Part shown: in pieces, positions 12,501 to 22,186 of the stretch
Layout of the letters: each line of letters starts with the position of its first letter
Position numbering within the stretch: position 1 is the first letter of the stretch
Source: Phoronis australis
Taxonomy: Eukaryota > Animalia > Phoronida
NCBI GenBank assembly: GCA_002633005.1
Contig: NMRA01000015.1
Span: forward strand, 689,748 to 753,747
Direction of reading: 5' to 3'
DNA length: 64,000 nucleotides
Made by a program: the position numbers and the translations under genes
Notes under the pieces: generated by a model
Databases searched by the model: none
What the model was told of the DNA's origin: nothing
The model's input: the letters and a program-made list of their open reading frames with translations, nothing else

Positions 12501-15500
12501 ATGGAAGTTATTACATCCAAATAAATGAGATTTACAACAAATTGTCAATAGCTGAAGTTTTGTCTACACGAGTAGTTAGGCCATAAAAGCATAGTTGGTT
12601 CTGGTCTTCACCCAGACTCGTTATGAGACCTGCAATCACTGATTACAAAAAAAATGTCTGCTGCACCACTTTCGGATGACATTTCCTTGGTTTTTTTTTT
12701 GAAAAGCTGCTCAAAGGCACTTTAAAAAGGATAAGTTTGAAATGCCAGGATTTGCAAAGTGATGACTCGGGTGGACCAAACCAATTATCTGTTTCTTTTT
12801 GACCTCACCTCCCGCTAGTTGTCTCGAGAAATAGGTAATCAGGCATAAGTGACTGTGGAGGAAGTTAACTGTTGCTCACTGATGCCAGTCTTAACAACTT
12901 GCGCCCCCTATGATATAGAGCAAGTTGTTCCAGAACAACTCACCCGAGCTCAAGTGCCCATGTGAACAGAAGTTGTGTCTAGGTGGTGAAATTGTCAGCT
13001 ATGTGCTGCAGCTTAGTTGGTACGTCACTCACAGCACATCTTTCTTCTTTAATTGCCTTGTCACTTATGGCATGTTTCTTGTATGGAGAAACAGCTCATC
13101 AGGGGCAACTTGATGCAAGCCGGGTCATCAGCGGCAACTTGATGCTAGCGGGGTCATCAGGGGCAACTTGATGCAAGCCGGATCATCAGGGGCAACTTGA
13201 TGCTAGCCGGGTCATCAGGGGCAACTTGATGCAAGCCGGGTCATCAAGGGCAACTTGATGCAAGCCGGGTCATCAGGGGCAACTTGATGCAAGCCGGGTC
13301 ATCAGGGGCAACTTGATGCAAGCAGGTCATTTGAGCTGGGGGAACTACGTGTCTGGACACCTTAAGTCTTTATATATAAGAAACCAAGACATAGTGTCTT
13401 GAGTTTAATCCATCTGAGCTATTTATGATGAGGTATTTGTTGATTTTGCATTACACAATGTAACATTTTTTGGAGGTGTGTTTCTTGGTGTTGTGTTCAC
13501 ACCAAAGTTACTGTGGACTATGGCTACTCATACCTTGTCAGCCCAAGCCATGAAGGTCGCTTTGAAGGTTGCTATTACGGTCGACAAGCTACAAAGAGGC
13601 TTGACCATGTTTCTACCATGTGTGACTTTTGAGATATTTGATAAAATGGTTTACCTTACCTTGTGTTATGGAGCCAAAATATGGGTTGTACAAGAATACA
13701 ACTGGTTATTAAAAGTGCATATTTTGTAAGCGTGTGTTGGGTGTAGCTAATTCATGCTCTAACGATGCTGTACTGAGCGAATGTGGCCGGTTGTCATTAT
13801 TTACTAAGTACTATGTTGCCGTGATCACGTATTGGTTCAAACTTCTCAAAATGCCTTCTCACCGTAACTCAAGGGCAGCTTACGACAACTTGTATGACTT
13901 GGATGATCAAAATGGTCAGCACTCCCAAAATTGGGCCACATCCGTTAGACTTATATTGTCAAATTATGGATTCCAAGAAGTTTGGATAAATCAAGGCGTT
14001 GTGTGTGAAAATACTTTTCTGCTAATTTTTAGACAGGGATTAAGGGATTTTTATTGGCAAGGATGGAGACAAAGTGTTGAGAGTAATCCTAAACTGTGTT
14101 TTTATAATCAGTTTAAATTGGGAAATTTCAAGTTTGAATACACCCCGTGCACTAATTGTGTCCCTGGAACGTTTTCATTGTTCTAGCCACAGTCTTACGA
14201 TTGAAGTAGGCAGGCACTTGAATTTGGATAGGGTAAATAGTGTGTCCCTTCTGCCCTAATGTTGTTGGAGAGGAGTACCATTTCCTTCTTAGCTCTGATA
14301 AATATTCTGAATTGAGAGAAAATTATATTGAAATGTATCACTGGAATTTTCCATCTGTTTTCAAGTTCAATAGATTAATGTCAACAAGTGGTGATGCTAA
14401 ATTAGTTAACCTAATTGGTTATGTCAGTATTTTATGCTTTTCGACTGTGTGATAGCTTGCTGCACTCTTAAGTATGTTACATGTTGTTGTGCAGTGGGCC
14501 TATGTCCTTTATTACACAAATAAATTGATTGATTGAGACTGTAACATTTTATCGACTCAGTAGGCTTATGGACTCAATAAAACATTACACGAAATATCAA
14601 TTTGGATGACCCGAGTGAGATCTATGCAATGTCAAACTAGACATGCTCTTCATAGTTGTCTATTATGCAAAAATTTGCAAATATTTTCTTATTTAGTCGA
14701 ATAATTAGGTGTTAAGAGTTATGACTACACTATTTTGAAATGTTAAATGTTTCTGTATTATGTTACAGGTACTAGTTATGGCTATCATGCGTTAACTTTT
14801 GGTTTGTATGTGGATCAACTTATACGTCGCGTTGATCCTCTCCACCGCTCTGCCAAGCAGTTTTTTGCGGATGAAATCGCCTCACCATTCAACGTGGATT
14901 TTTTTATTGGAAAACCGTTACAAGAACACTACAGAGCTGCTCGTCAGAGTGACAAATTAGCGGGTCTAGTGCGGACAGTAACTGAGGGTTCTGTATCTCA
15001 GCTCCTGTGGAGCCTGTCTTTCTTGGTCCATATGCCTGAACTGCTGACAAAAGCTATGTTCAACCCATCAGGTTTGGAAGTGGTAAGGAAGTCTCATGTG
15101 CGTTTAAATATGTTATACAACACACATTTTAATGACTGAAATTTCAGATGCTCAAGCAGATTTAATCAAGGGTGAAGGTTTTTTACAATGTATTTCATTT
15201 GGTCAACGTTGTAAAACCTGTTTGTTTTCTGTGTTTGCGTAGAAATGCTGATTACCTTAACGATGTGTCACTCATTGGCTGTTCGAGGACAATATTTGTT
15301 TCAAAGCAATAATTTTGGGTATATTTAAGGGCTGTTCCAACAAAATCTGTATGGGAGGGGGGACGGCGTGGTTGTCTTCTGAAGGAGATTTAAATTATGG
15401 GTGCAGCTGGTCCTTCTTGAAGGAAGGAAATCATTGAAAGTGGGTGGTGTTTTTTGTCCAGGTGGCTATTTTCAGCCAAACACCAACTTCAATCCCCTTT

Positions 15501-18500
15501 GAAACAAATTCAAAAACTCATCAAAAATTCTCTTAGCAGACACCCAAAAGCAACGAAACACACCCATGCAATTTGCACACTACGCCCTTACTCAGGTCAT
15601 GGGCAACTTGATTGTTGGCACATGATGCGCAGCCATATTGAACTGAAAATTACTGCAACACTAAACTTGTGTAAACACATGTAAGAAAATCTGATGAATT
15701 TTTTAATAAAAAGTATGAGGAGTCAGATAAACAAGTTCCAATATTCACTTGGTGTGGCTGCCTAAAAGCATTTGTGGAAACAATTTGAAATTCGGAGATC
15801 CATGAAATTGAAAAAATCTTTTTGGAATTACACACACCTGGTAGACAGAGACACATGGCGGCTGCGTAAAGTATTGCTTAAAGGTGTCTTTGAAAAGCAA
15901 GTTTCATGTAACTGACAAGAGGTGTGATATCACATGGAATTTTTCTGCTCTCACAAAACTTTTGTGGTCGCGTATAGTCAGCATCCCGTCCATCCGTTCA
16001 TCCACCTGTCGGCCTGTCTGTTGTTATCATTTCTTGTCCATCAATTATCTCAACAACCGCTTGACAGATCATGATGAAATTTGGTGTAGAGGTACTTGGT
16101 GGGGATGCGACGAATTTGGTTACCTTGACACCCCACGTTGGCTGCTTTAGTTTTCGACAAGCCATTTCCATTGTGCGTGGATTTTATCAAAAACTACTTG
16201 ATTGATCATGATGACATTCAATACAAAGGTATATGGTGAAAATGCCCTGTCACCAGTCGATTTTTGGACTGATTCAAGCCAGATTGTTTTCGACTACTCA
16301 AGTCATTCATTGTCCGTCAATTATATAGAAACCGCTTAATGGATATTGATGACATTTGGTACAGAGATAGATGGTGGGGGTGTGCCAGTACCAGTCATTT
16401 TTTCAGATTAGGCTACTGTAGTACTCTCTGTTGGCCATTTTAGTTTTTGACCAGACAGGTTGATTATCCCAAAAACCACTAGGCACAACAGATGAAATTT
16501 GGTACAAAGATATATGGCAAGGATAGATATGCTCACAGCAACTGATTTTTATTTTGATTCGACAACCCTCTTGGTCACTTAAGCTTTCGACTAGACAGCT
16601 TAGTTTTTGTCCGTATATCATCTAAGTATGATGTAACAGATCATGACATGTGTCCTAGAGGCAATTTGCATACAATTGTTGCTCCCTCTTGTAGGTATTT
16701 TGAAATAATGAGCCCCCGTAGTATCTGCCATTTGCAGTGCACACAAAGGGAGCATACCAACATTCTTGTTCATTAATCGCTATTCACTAGAAAGCATGAC
16801 TAAGTGAATTTTTATTCCTTGTCTGGGAGGGAGCTGATGTTGTGTCTGCTGAACTGTTTTCGGCTCACGAAACACTGAAGACCAAAAATATCTGAAGAAC
16901 CTGACATGTGTATTGCCATATATAATTCAAGCATAATTTAAAAATGTGGCTGGTTGAATTATATAGTTCAACCTAATTAAAAAGTATGGGTGGTGGGTTT
17001 GAAAAATAAAAGAAAAATATGGGCAGTGGGTAAAAAAATGAAAGTGCCTTCCCCCTCCCATACGTTTTTTTACTGGAACATCCCTTACAGGCTTCATCCT
17101 ATTTTTCATTCAATTTTTGATCAACATTCAAAATAAAACACTGACTATTAGTGAATTCTTCCAAAGTGTTACTGTTAGTATTTTATTTTGCATTTTGTGA
17201 CAAGTAATATCAGTGTAGAGATGACAGTGCGGCGTTTGAAGACTTTAAGACCCTAATAATTGCACTTAGTTGTCCTGCCTGAAGTTTAATGAGACAAAAC
17301 TGTAGTTATTTCATATGTGAAATATGGCGAAGTAGTTCTTCCGTAGTTCACAGATTGATAACACAGATAGTGTGTGACCTTATCATCATGCTTGTATGGT
17401 ATTTGTTTTTACTGGGATTTTCTGAATGACCCACAAAGCAATTTTGCATTCACAAAAAGGCTCCAGTTGTCTTTTTCTTAAAAAAGGGGCTCCGCATTTT
17501 CGGAAACTGGGATTGTGAGGTTAAGTAACAGCAGGCTTAGTGCTGTAAGAGAGGGTAAGTGGACACAATGGTGTTGGCATCAGAGTTAGTGATTAGGTAG
17601 ACCTGGGCTTGAAATACTAGCCATGTTTCACTTAAGTGATTTCTTTCAAGACGATGGCTGGAAATGCCAGAGACACATTGTCAACTTGTTGTCTCTGCCC
17701 TTTGTTGTCTCTGCCCTTTGTTGTCTCTGCCCTTTGTTTAAGATCACTTGTAGACCTAGTTCATGTTGCCTGTTGTAATCAACATTGTTGTTTTATTTTA
17801 GAATTCTGTTGAGTCCCACTCATACGGCATCATTTCATCCAATGGCTTTGGAACTGCAGAGGCTGTGGCTAAGGTAAACATTCTGCTCCATTTTGTCCGT
17901 GGTCTAAAATTAAGCTAACTCGCTGTGCTCGTCGGCTGTACATCATTCACTTTGCTGGTTCTAAAGGGTCAACCAGCTAAGACATTTGATTGGTCTGTAA
18001 ACTGGAATTTGTCTTCAAGAACCAAATCAGATGACTTAGCCCGTTGACCCTGCGTAACCGTTGATGTGAGTTAAATGTAGCCATTGACTATAGTGTGACA
18101 GAAATGTGTAATTTGATTTGGGTACATTTAAAAATAAGTCATTATCTCCCCTTCGTTGAGTGTTCCTTGGTTGTTGAATTGAAAATATATGTCAGATTTT
18201 AAGGGAACATCTACTGAAGGAAAATACTGCAATGATGCACAAAGTGTGTTGAGGTATTTTCGCTACCTTTCAAGTATTGGCAAGGCAATGAGAGTGGTCA
18301 CTAAAGATGTGAATATCCAACGTGTCATGAACAATGTTAGATGTTGTAATAACCTCTCTACCATGTATGTAAAACCAAGGTTTATGTGATATGTTGTAAA
18401 GATGTCTCGCTTCATCTATATTTTGTCAGTGGATGTCTGGGGATGGGTACAAATGACTGATGTATAGTTCACCTCGTCTGGCCACCGCCTTGTTGTCTGG

Positions 18501-20654
18501 CCACCACCTTGTTATCTGGCTACCGCCTTGTTGTCTGGCCACCACCTGGTTTGGCCACCGCCTTGTTGTCTGGCCACCGCCTGGTTTGGCCACCGCCTTG
18601 TTGTCTGGCCACCACCTGGTTTGGCCACCGCCTTGTTGTCTGGTCACCGCCTGGTTTGGCCACCGTCTTGTTGTCTGGTCACCGCCTTGTTTGGCCACCG
18701 CCTTGTTGTCTGGCCACCGCCTTGTTGTCTGGCCACTGCATTTTTGCAGCCCACTTAACAAAATATTCATAAGCATATTGTCTTTTTGTCAAACAACATG
18801 TAGCAGATGACATGTTAATACTTTTTGTGAGAAAATGGACAGAGTAATCAAACTTTTACTTCAGGCTGCAAAGTTCTTGCTGTACGTGGTAAGAGTTGTG
18901 TATAGTGCTGAGGTCTCAGTCTGTTGTCTGTGGTAAGTGTACTATGACCTGTGTCAACCTTAAATGAGGAAGAGGTTGAATTTATGTAATTATGTCTTGT
19001 GTACAACATACAGGTTTTTGGTATCCTGGCAGATGGCGGTAAAAGCATCGATGATAAACGGCTGTTGTCAGAAACTGTTGTTGATCGTCTGAATACCATC
19101 GAGACCCAACCTGGTACAGACAAGGTGTTGGGTATGAAGGGGTTCTCGTTTGGGCCAGGCACAATGATACTACCTCCACTACTGGGAATGGTGAGATATT
19201 ATTTATGCTTACTGATTCGTTAATAAGGATTTTGACTGTTTTTAATGACTAAGACCATACGGTTCCAAGGCAAAATGATCAGAAAATGACGTGGAATTTC
19301 TCGCATGATCTCCGTGTGCGAGCAGAATTCCCTGTCTTGGTGGTGGAGCGCATGTTGAATTCATTTTCATGGTAGGAAACTTGATTGTCTCTGATTGATG
19401 ATGACATTACATTCAGTTTGTTTCAGAAAATTAAAATATGTCACCTGCTAACTTTAAACATCTTGAAATACTCATGTGGGCGAAATGTTGGCAGCATTTG
19501 AATCAACTAATCATTTCAATTTTTAGGTTCACTTTTTGTAAACTTTGGATAATAAAAATGCAAATACACTCAGAACTGTAATTTATGAACTGTTCCCATC
19601 TGGTTTGAGGAAACTTATTCCATGTCGTAAACTTGATGGCAGCCTTTCATACGAAAGCTGACAACTTAGCAAAGATATACGACCATGTGTTCTGACATAT
19701 TGCGAACACTGGTTTTGGAATTCATGGTTGGACATTTAGTAGTAATTAGGTTCAGTTTGGCTGTAGTGAGAAGAATCCTGGAATTTATTCATTGACAGCC
19801 CTATTGATTGACAGTCTTAATGGTTGACTGACATTCCTAATGGTTGACAGGCAAGCAAATGTTTATCATTCCTAATTTTTTTGTTAAAGCACTTGCTGTT
19901 TCTGACCAAAGACTATGAATAAAAAAGATAAAAGACAACAGACTGTCTACAATCAATAAAAACTAAATTTCCAAGCATTTTGCTCCTCCATTGATGAAGA
20001 GCACAATTATGTTTTTATTAAATGTGTACTGCCCAAATTTGTTGTTGTCTTTTTTTGTTCGTAAAAATTTCCTAACTTGAAAATGTTTTATCACTCAGGC
20101 TGTTCCCTTGGCACTTTAGTAATTTGTATGCCACAATAAGAAGATGTAAGGTTTGTTTCAGCATTCACTTCCATTGACTGACTTGTTAGTGAGGGCAGCC
20201 TGTCTTGTTCAGTGTGGGGCTCAATGGAATTGAATGTAGAAGCAAGACATGGGCCCTTTGCTGGGGCGTTAATGTCGATTTTCTGTTGTTGCATGCATAA
20301 TTAATGAGGCCACACTGAAATTTTCTCTCTAAATGTAATTTCTGGAATTTGTACTTTTTAATAAGGTAACTCCAAAAACATTTTATTTGCTTTCCTTTTA
20401 AGTTGCCACCACATTTGTTGCCATGGTTTTCATGTTATTAACCTCTAACTGACACTGTTAACTTTTAGAATGAGACTGTGTTCGGTCACTATGGTATGGG
20501 ATGCCAGGCAGGTTTCGCCGACGTGAAACGCAAAATTGGTTGGGCGTACACAACAAACTACTTGTCAGGGATACTGGACATTCGGCATGAGCAGCGATAT
20601 GCTGGTCTAGTAAAGGAACTGTATAACAGTGTCAGTGCACTGGATGATGACTGA
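413..20654 (+). CDS. Serine beta-lactamase-like / family VIII esterase (beta-lactamase domain-containing protein 2, lact-2-like), 9 coding exons, 429 aa: join(413..555,3866..3921,8357..8492,9676..9775,12141..12246,14769..15082,17802..17873,19014..19190,20469..20654)
   Basis: All introns are GT-AG and the phases are consistent (2,1,2,0,1,0,0,0). Summed CDS is 1290 nt with no internal stop. Translation contains [18 protein letters not shown], catalytic S-x-x-K (FYSTTK), [40 protein letters not shown] and FGHYG, all typical of this family. Hydrophobic N-terminus ([15 protein letters not shown]). Confidence 0.93.
2159..2225. other. Assembly gap (67 N) in intron 1
   Basis: Run of n characters. 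Confidence 0.99.
2860..3126. mobile_element. Partial copy (one arm) of the Kolobok-like MITE at 5603..6232
   Basis: Matches 6010..6232 (ggtcctt...ttttcccacag...gaactg...gggaaagtcgttt...gtatct...caaaac...gtatcct); includes a small internal duplication at 2860..2945. Confidence 0.6.
3866..3921 (+). CDS. Beta-lactamase-like gene exon 2 ([20 protein letters not shown])
   Basis: Acceptor ttttaatttcag, donor G|GTATTT; phase fits exons 1 and 3; ExGxxFAxYxxG motif. Confidence 0.88.
4773..5048. mobile_element. hAT-like non-autonomous element (MITE); second, shorter copy at about 7128..7287
   Basis: Termini CACTGGCGGATTTAGGGG...AATCCTGGATCCGCCCCTG; the internal segment taaaattctcccagatt.catttggcagttcgggg.tgcgaat is shared with 7170..7215. 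No clean TSD seen. Confidence 0.6.
5603..6232. mobile_element. Kolobok-like palindromic MITE with about 230-bp inverted arms
   Basis: TTAA on both sides (5599..5602, 6233..6236). The left arm (aggatgccaaacccggatttggcctattgacagattctaaaaatgactttcccatccagttct) is the reverse complement of the right arm (agaactggaagggaaagtcgtttttagtatctgttaataggacaaaaccgggtttggtatac). Confidence 0.7.
7491..7906. mobile_element. Foldback-type MITE with terminal inverted repeats and internal approximately 21-bp subrepeats
   Basis: TIR TATCGTTGGCCAAATGGGTGAA / TTCACCCATCTGGCCAACGATA; internal units like attatttacggcgtaaagta, inverted in the right half. Confidence 0.75.
8357..8492 (+). CDS. Beta-lactamase-like gene exon 3 with catalytic SxxK ([45 protein letters not shown])
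   Basis: Acceptor ttttag, donor AG|GTATTT; STTK codons at 8443..8454. Confidence 0.93.
9185..9392 (-). repeat. Dispersed repeat (probable DNA transposon fragment); inverted copy at about 20780..21065
   Basis: Reverse complement reads acaaaatgtccaaacgtggccaaattcaaaacatcatatgtcagaaatggct, matching cagaaatgtccaaatttggctaactttaaaacaacatatttcagaaatggct at 20785..20836. Confidence 0.65.
9676..9775 (+). CDS. Beta-lactamase-like gene exon 4 ([33 protein letters not shown])
   Basis: Acceptor atttcag, donor CAG|GTACAA; YWPEF and LLSHQ motifs. Confidence 0.93.
10375..11560. repeat. Minisatellite, 25-bp unit TGTAGTCAACTATAGTCACCATCAA, with a central 53-bp (28+25) higher-order block
   Basis: Directly visible tandem array of roughly 45 units in intron 4. 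Confidence 0.97.
12141..12246 (+). CDS. Beta-lactamase-like gene exon 5 ([35 protein letters not shown])
   Basis: Acceptor tatttttcag, donor AG|GTAACA; completes LLSHQAGL; QKPLWxPG motif. Confidence 0.92.
12579..12804. mobile_element. Small degenerate MITE (Harbinger-like termini)
   Basis: tta|ggccataaaagcatagttggttctggtc..caccc is inverted relative to gggtggaccaaaccaattatc...tttttgacc. Confidence 0.45.
13096..13330. repeat. Minisatellite, 29-bp unit GGGTCATCAGGGGCAACTTGATGCAAGCC, about 8 copies
   Basis: Directly visible tandem array. Confidence 0.95.
13440..14536 (+). mobile_element. 5'-truncated, frameshifted non-LTR retrotransposon (RTE-X-like LINE) 3' end in intron 5
   Basis: Consecutive ORF pieces FLGVVFT...[16 protein letters not shown], LGV...[10 protein letters not shown]...YWFKLLKM, NWATSVRxILxNYGFxxVWxNQ, RxHCSSHSLxIEVGR and CPFC...GEEYHFLL match the post-RT C-terminus of these LINEs. 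The element ends in AATAAA (14519..14524) plus a (TTGA)3 tail. Confidence 0.85.
14769..15082 (+). CDS. Beta-lactamase-like gene exon 6 ([24 protein letters not shown]...MFNPSGLEV)
   Basis: Lies within ORF 14747..15139; acceptor gttacag, donor GTG|GTAAGG; GYHALTFG motif with the catalytic Tyr. Confidence 0.92.
15940..16770 (+). mobile_element. Non-autonomous Helentron-type element (HINE/DINE-1-like) with internal degenerate tandem units
   Basis: T-rich start with a short hairpin (cacaaaacttttgtg), (C/T)GTC microsatellite, repeated gatcatgatgaaatttggt units about 140 bp apart, 3' end gggagcata...ttcttgtt. Confidence 0.6.
17802..17873 (+). CDS. Beta-lactamase-like gene exon 7 ([24 protein letters not shown])
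   Basis: Acceptor ttttattttag, donor AAG|GTAAAC; resembles the family PSxNGxGTAxxLAK motif. Confidence 0.88.
18476..18736. repeat. GC-rich composite minisatellite of 19-bp (GGCCACCGCCTTGTTGTCT) and 16-bp (GGCCACCACCTGGTTT) units
   Basis: Directly visible array in intron 7; explains the four overlapping repetitive ORFs there. Confidence 0.93.
19014..19190 (+). CDS. Beta-lactamase-like gene exon 8 ([26 protein letters not shown]...[14 protein letters not shown])
   Basis: Lies within ORF 18999..19223; acceptor atacag, donor ATG|GTGAGA; LAxGG, LLS and GxDxVL motifs. Confidence 0.9.
20469..20654 (+). CDS. Beta-lactamase-like gene terminal exon 9 ([32 protein letters not shown]...SALDDD*)
   Basis: Acceptor acttttag, TGA at 20652..20654; FGHxG...ADxxxxIGxAYxxN motif. 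Confidence 0.92.
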   Translation, partial: NETVFGHYGMGCQAGFADVKRKIGWAYTTNYLSGILDIRHEQRYAGLVKELYNSVSALDDD

Positions 20655-21539
20655 AACTGACTGGTCTCCTAGCAACCACTCTTACAACTGTATCTCATAC
20701 ACACTGGACTCCTTGTTCTTGAGATTTACTCTTTACAATGATGTCAGAGCTACACGCATGATTTTAAGGTTTTGTAGGATTTTACAGAAATGTCCAAATT
20801 TGGCTAACTTTAAAACAACATATTTCAGAAATGGCTGATTCATATGAAACTTCCAGATGCCATGTCTGATACACTGATCTTCAAAACCTTGTTAGGAATA
20901 GTTTATAAAATGTTTCACTTTTGCATGGCGGGCTGTAGAAAAATGGCACTTCATGAAAGTACAAAAAGTTTTCATATGCAAAAATGAAATGATAATTCAG
21001 AATACTGGAACAGCATCTTTGAGGTTTCATCTTAAACATTTGTTTCAAATGAAATTTGATCATGTTATTGATACCATTGCTTGACTAGGAATTCAATGTA
21101 CATTAGTTTTTTGCTTAATTTTACTGAAATACATTGTCGCGTGATCCAAGTAATGGCAGGTCAGTATAAAGGAAAAATCAAATTCTGCAGATCATGTTTA
21201 TATTTATTGTATGCACTTTGTTAACGGCAATAATTATGCACAATCTGTGATTCCCTTTTCCTACAATCATCTCTCCTCTTTTTGGAGGTAGAAAAATACA
21301 TTATATAATTTATCTATTTATCAAAAGCTAGGTCCACTCAGCTTTTCTATTTTTGCCAGTATTGCAACTCACTATTCAACAATATAACTTAGTTGCAGTT
21401 GAAATGGAGAATGAGGAACCAATTCTCTTGTAAATGAATGGTTACTATGGCAGTAGTGGCATGTGTACCATACTGACACGCTGCATTGTGGGTAAATAGC
21501 ACAGAATCAGAGTGAGGCTGCTTGAATTTCTGAAAGTGG

Positions 21540-21970
21540 TGTACACAATGTTAAAAAGTATGTAATTATGAAAATGTTAAATTGTGTGTCTTGGTTGGTG
21601 GAATAGGCTGTGTAACTGATGTTTTTTAATGTAATCTAGGATTGCTACAGGGTTGCTCCTTGTCACTCATATTATTTTGAATGTTTATGAATGACTTAGA
21701 GAGTGGTTTAATAATGTTAATGAAAAAATACAAAAACTGTTTCAAAAGTGTGTCAAAGGCAATATTTGTTCTGAATAATTATACGTTAAAATGTGTGGAT
21801 GTTCCAGCCTCACTATGGTGGAAATATAAGACCCTAAAATTTTGCCAATTTTATTGCATGGCTCATAAACATAGGACTTTGATGAAGTCAAAGTTATCAA
21901 AACAGTTCATAACAAGTTCTGGAAATATCTTGTTGCAAGTTGGTCACACTGCTAGAGGTGAACATAGGAG
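21540..21970 (+). mobile_element. Heavily decayed LINE reverse transcriptase fragment (RTE-X-like)
   Basis: Broken frames give YENVKLCV, GLLQGCSLSLILF*MFMNDLE (RT motif GxxQGxxLSPxLFxxFxNDL), KILPILLHGS, VHNKFWK and ARGE. Confidence 0.65.
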
Positions 21971-22186
21971 AGCAACTGCAATCACAGAGTTTCAATGGGC
22001 TGTATGAGATGACATAATTCAATAGACCTTGGTGGTGTTAGTTTTGATTGAATATGGCTTTCCAGTGTGTTCCTATGGAGATGGTAACAGATGACAGAAG
22101 TTTCAGACCAATCCAACTACTGTTGTGCTCCCTAGTGGCAATTTTATTTTTTTCCGTTTGCCTCTGTAACTCGTGTTTCTTGATGC

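Noticed and set aside
14747-15139. Stand-alone bacterial-type beta-lactamase ORF (contamination or recent horizontal transfer)
   Set aside because: It is exon 6 of a spliceosomal 9-exon gene embedded among animal repeats.
18426-18810. Four overlapping 76-116 aa ORFs
   Set aside because: Translations of the 19/16-bp minisatellite inside intron 7.
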